The translations under genes and the position numbers were made by a program. A DNA stretch of 36,614 nucleotides from Candidatus Omnitrophota bacterium. Its GTDB lineage: Bacteria; Omnitrophota; Gorgyraeia; B26-G9; JBDRCZ01. Position 1 is the stretch's first letter. Each line of letters opens with the position of its first letter. The notes beneath the pieces were generated by a model. That model did not search any database, had not been told where the DNA came from, and saw only the letters and a program-made list of their open reading frames with translations. Location: positions 1 through 36,614 of the forward strand of contig JBDRCZ010000053.1 of NCBI GenBank assembly GCA_043821285.1. Reading direction: 5' to 3'. Of this stretch, positions 34,258 to 36,614 are shown in pieces.

Positions 34258-34509
34258 CCCCTTTTTGATTTTTGTTTTATTATTGTCCTATAATGTAAAA
34301 ATCAGTGGTTTTGTGGAGACGCGAAGCGGCAGTGCAAAATGCGTTGCATTGCCTTGTTATGCCTTCTTTTTTCTAATAACCACTTTACCTCAATGTTACC
34401 TCTTTTGTTGGTGCCACATGAGCTAATTTCTCTGGTATCAAACAACTATTTATCACGTTTGTATTTGCGCAATTTCAATATCATGGTTTCAAAATCTAAC
34501 GAGATAAAC

Positions 34510-34758
34510 TCATCCCATAAACAAGGATTGTGTTTTTCTATTTTCTTCATATTCATTAATATTACTTATCGTAAATCCCCCAAGCATCCAAAGATTGTTC
34601 ATATGATTATTTATGGTTTTATAAGAATATTCCGATTTTAATAATTCCTCTACAAAAGGCCTCATCAATTGTATTGGTCTTTGACCGTATTCTATATCAT
34701 CCTTAAATCCTGCCCAAGAATCGGGCCATTCATTAATTTTATCAATATTTATTTTCAT
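34510..34758 (-). CDS. Hypothetical small protein (82 aa) of unrecognised family
   Basis: Its start abuts a copy of the ~180-bp repeat that also precedes the DUF4160 gene. No ribosome-binding site is visible. Confidence 0.3.
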   Translation of the reverse strand: MKINIDKINEWPDSWAGFKDDIEYGQRPIQLMRPFVEELLKSEYSYKTINNHMNNLWMLGGFTISNINEYEENRKTQSLFMG

Positions 34759-34965
34759 AAAATGAAAATAACCAATTTGAAAACCACCAAGTTTTTAAAT
34801 TCTGTTCATTGTTTTATTAGAATCTATTTTACCCCAGATTTTACATGTTTCACAAGTAATATCTGCAGGGGGTGCCGTTTAGGGTATTATATTTGTGTCT
34901 GTTTGTCGATAGAAATGTAAAAACAGGGTGGTTAAAATAAGGAAGGAAGAACGAGACTACTTTCG
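34759..34965. repeat. Copy 1 of a ~180-bp dispersed direct repeat (blocks A and B)
   Basis: Block A is ataaccaatttgaaaaccaccaagtttttaaattctgttcattgttttattagaatctatt. Block B is tttgtcgatagaaatgtaaaaacagggtggttaaaataaggaaggaagaacgagactactttcgaatt. Both blocks recur at 35757-35925 with about 90% identity. Confidence 0.8.
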
Positions 34966-35205
34966 AATTCCCCTCCTCAGAAAAACAAGTGATGTTTGGT
35001 CGCTCTATTTTGTTTAGCCATGCTCGTATAATTTTCTTTAGGATAATAAAAGCTCAGTTGCCGAAAGTTGTGGTCAGCAAATCTGATTGTCTTTTGTTTT
35101 ATCACTACTATTTAAACGTAAATATATTATCATCTTGAGTCAAAGTCATATATTCCCACATTTCATTTTGTTGTAGCCATAATCGTATTAAACACTTTAA
35201 TCGTT

Positions 35206-35436
35206 TTAATTGCTTTCGATATACAATGTGTCCGGACAAATATCCTGACCATGAGGCCAAGATATCGTTCCCATAAAAGGTTTTACTCGTTTAAAATATG
35301 AAAAATTGTTTAATTCCTTAAATACGCCAAATTTAAGATATGGCGTCATATTAAATATTTTTTTTTCACCGTTTGTAAATTCAATCGTTAGTCTAAAATT
35401 TTCATTTGGCGTAACATTTTTAACTCTCGGGTTCAT
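35206..35436 (-). CDS. DUF2442 family protein
   Basis: The family pattern V.P.ENY.L.V.F.NGE…PYL…W is matched by …VTPNENFRLTIEFTNGEKKIFNMTPYLKFGVF…ISWPHGQDICPDTLY. Confidence 0.75.
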   Translation of the reverse strand: MNPRVKNVTPNENFRLTIEFTNGEKKIFNMTPYLKFGVFKELNNFSYFKRVKPFMGTISWPHGQDICPDTLYIESN

Positions 35437-35441
35437 TTTTA

Positions 35442-35711
35442 TTACCTCAATGGTTCGATCGGGAAAGGGTGTTCTCCCTTTACCGCCAATTCCCAGTCCG
35501 CCATAAGATCATCTTTGTGAATTTCAATCCACGCTTGTATTAGTTTTAACTTGCTTGTTTTTAGCTCACCTTCAAGGATTTCTCCTTCCGGTATGCTAAT
35601 TACCGCTTCCTGATCTTGATACTTGACATGCAAATGGGGCTTTTTATGTTTTTTATTATCAATAAAAAACATCATTATGATAATACCATAAAACATACTA
35701 ATTACCGGCAT
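35442..35711 (-). CDS. DUF4160 family protein
   Basis: The translation MPVISMFYGIIIMMFFIDNKKHKKPHLHVKYQDQEAVISIPEGEILEGELKTSKLKLIQAWIEIHKDDLMADWELAVKGEHP matches the canonical DUF4160 N-terminus. An AAGGAGAG ribosome-binding site is present. The gene lies 5 nt upstream of the DUF2442 gene. Confidence 0.75.
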   Translation of the reverse strand: MPVISMFYGIIIMMFFIDNKKHKKPHLHVKYQDQEAVISIPEGEILEGELKTSKLKLIQAWIEIHKDDLMADWELAVKGEHPFPIEPLR

Positions 35712-35756
35712 AATATTCTCTCCTTATTACTCTATTTTACCATTTTTTAACGATAA

Positions 35757-35925
35757 AATAACCAATTTGAAAACCGCTAGGTTTTCAAATTCTGTTCATT
35801 ATTTTGTTAGATTCTATTATATTATTATATTACTTTTTTGTCTATTTGTCGATAGAAATATAAAAACAGGGTGGTTAAAACAAGGAAGGAAGAACGGGAC
35901 TATTTTCGAATTTCGACAAGCTGAC
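35757..35925. repeat. Copy 2 of the ~180-bp direct repeat, covering the promoter region of the DUF4160-DUF2442 operon
   Basis: Blocks A and B are conserved. The spacer between them is shorter (about 25 bp versus about 70 bp). Confidence 0.8.
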
Positions 35926-36059
35926 CGAGAATACAATGCACTAAAACGCTGTACCAAATAAGACCATTTATTAGCGTTAAAGTGGAATAAATTATATATA
36001 GTTTGCCATATTAATATGTATAGTGTGGGACAAAAAATCAAAAGGAGAATAGTGCAAGT

Positions 36060-36393
36060 TTACTTTGAAGCAAGAAATTTTAGCAATTTCGGGTGCATAT
36101 GAATCTCTCGATGAATACCCTCAATGACCCACATCCTCATCAATGTTTGATAACCAAGACCTTTATACTCAGCAATAACCTTGGCTAAATCAATTTGATG
36201 CTGCCCCATTCTTAGCGTAAGGTGACGCTTTCGTTCATTTCGCTTCCCGGTAACTTTCTTTAGAAGAGCCGGAGAAAATTCAAGTAGTTCTTTCAGATCA
36301 GTAAATTCTTCTGGATAATCAAGGGGGCTGTGTGTCTCCCAAAAACCTCAAAGTCAAGGAAAATTCCATAGCTGATGGCCGACTTTTTTCCAT
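36060..36393 (-). pseudogene. BrnA-like (ribbon-helix-helix type) antitoxin gene, apparently frameshifted
   Basis: One frame is open from 36347 to the stop at 36060. It encodes …PLDYPEEFTDLKELLEFSPALLKKVTGKRNERKRHLTLRMGQHQIDLAKVIAEYKGLGYQTLMRMWVIEGIHRE, matching the BrnA pattern (DIPE.TDE…K..LTLRLD…W…G.GYQT). That frame has no start codon. A possible N-terminus (MEKSRPSAMEFSLTLR from the ATG at 36393) lies in another frame. The two frames join at a T5 run at about 36342-36346. Confidence 0.45.
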
Positions 36394-36481
36394 AGCGTAA
36401 GCAAAAAAAATATCATCACCTCCTTCCCAAAATATCCGCTCTTTATTTGACATTACAGCCAATATTTTTTCCTCAGCCATA

Positions 36482-36614
36482 TTAACCCCTATCCTTTTTT
36501 ACGTTTTTGGCTCTGTAGCTATACCCGGTTATTTTAATAATCGTTGAATAATGAACAATCCGATCTAAAATGGCTGCTGATAGTGTTTGGTCTGTAAAGA
36601 TCTCTGCCCAATGT
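36482..36614 (-). mobile_element. istB: 3' end of an IS21-family istB (helper ATPase) gene. The window ends inside the insertion sequence.
   Basis: The minus-strand translation is HWAEIFTDQTLSAAILDRIVHYSTIIKITGYSYRAKNVKKDRG*. This matches the characteristic IstB C-terminus (W.EIF.D..L..AILDRL.HHS..I.I.G.SYR.K). Confidence 0.65.

Noticed and set aside
36350-36480. ATG at 36480 (MAEEKILAVMSNKERIF…) as the start of the BrnA-like gene
   Set aside because: It begins 1 nt after the istB stop, so it most likely lies within the IS21 terminal region. It terminates after 53 codons, and the BrnA-like frame is a different one.
1-36614. tRNA, rRNA or tmRNA genes
   Set aside because: No GTTCGAATC-type T-arm sequence or cloverleaf-compatible segment was found on visual scan. 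The TTCGAATT strings at 34955 and 35905 lie inside dispersed repeat block B and lack acceptor and anticodon arms.

Overview
This 36.6 kb window is AT-rich (~38% GC) and comes from a bacterium that uses standard Shine-Dalgarno ribosome-binding sites. Almost every gene is on the minus strand.

The core (10.6-29.4 kb) is a MoxR/Bat aerotolerance-type locus. It contains moxR (AAA+ ATPase), a DUF58 gene, BatA and BatB (vWA domain proteins), BatC (TPR protein), BatD and a BatE-like TPR protein. Unusually, the locus is broken up by long spacers (220-640 bp) packed with repeats, and by apparently acquired genes. These are an orphan 312-aa gene, a frameshifted and truncated restriction-modification remnant, a pRiA4b ORF-3 family gene, a Tat-exported agmatine/peptidyl-arginine deiminase family enzyme, and secreted hypothetical proteins that share a duplicated N-terminal leader.

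The spacers carry a family of roughly 80-95 bp imperfect palindromic elements built from CACGAAT/CACGGAT heptamers at about 10-11 bp spacing (…TTTTAACCAC…GTGGTTAAAA). A second family of GC-rich TTGTGGCGG/GGCAGGCAAAT motifs also occurs there. A conserved 41-bp promoter-like box containing the palindrome AAAACCTACGGTTTT precedes both moxR and the DUF58 gene.

The left end holds a partial poly-HAMP signalling gene with near-identical 276-bp tandem coding repeats. It is operonic with a ParA-like ATPase. Next come a hairpin-rich candidate sRNA beside a (TATG)7 microsatellite, an AbiEii-like nucleotidyltransferase with a small overlapping partner, a MazE/RelE-type toxin-antitoxin pair behind a near-consensus promoter, and two sensor histidine kinases. 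One kinase appears split at an A8 homopolymer. A polyprenyl-phosphate sugar transferase follows.

The right end holds a bifunctional HAD phosphatase, a flotillin/NfeD pair, a DUF4160-DUF2442 pair whose ~180-bp upstream region is duplicated, a frameshifted BrnA-like antitoxin gene, and the 3' end of an IS21-family istB at the window edge.

All family assignments come from motif recognition in the translated ORFs. No database search was possible.
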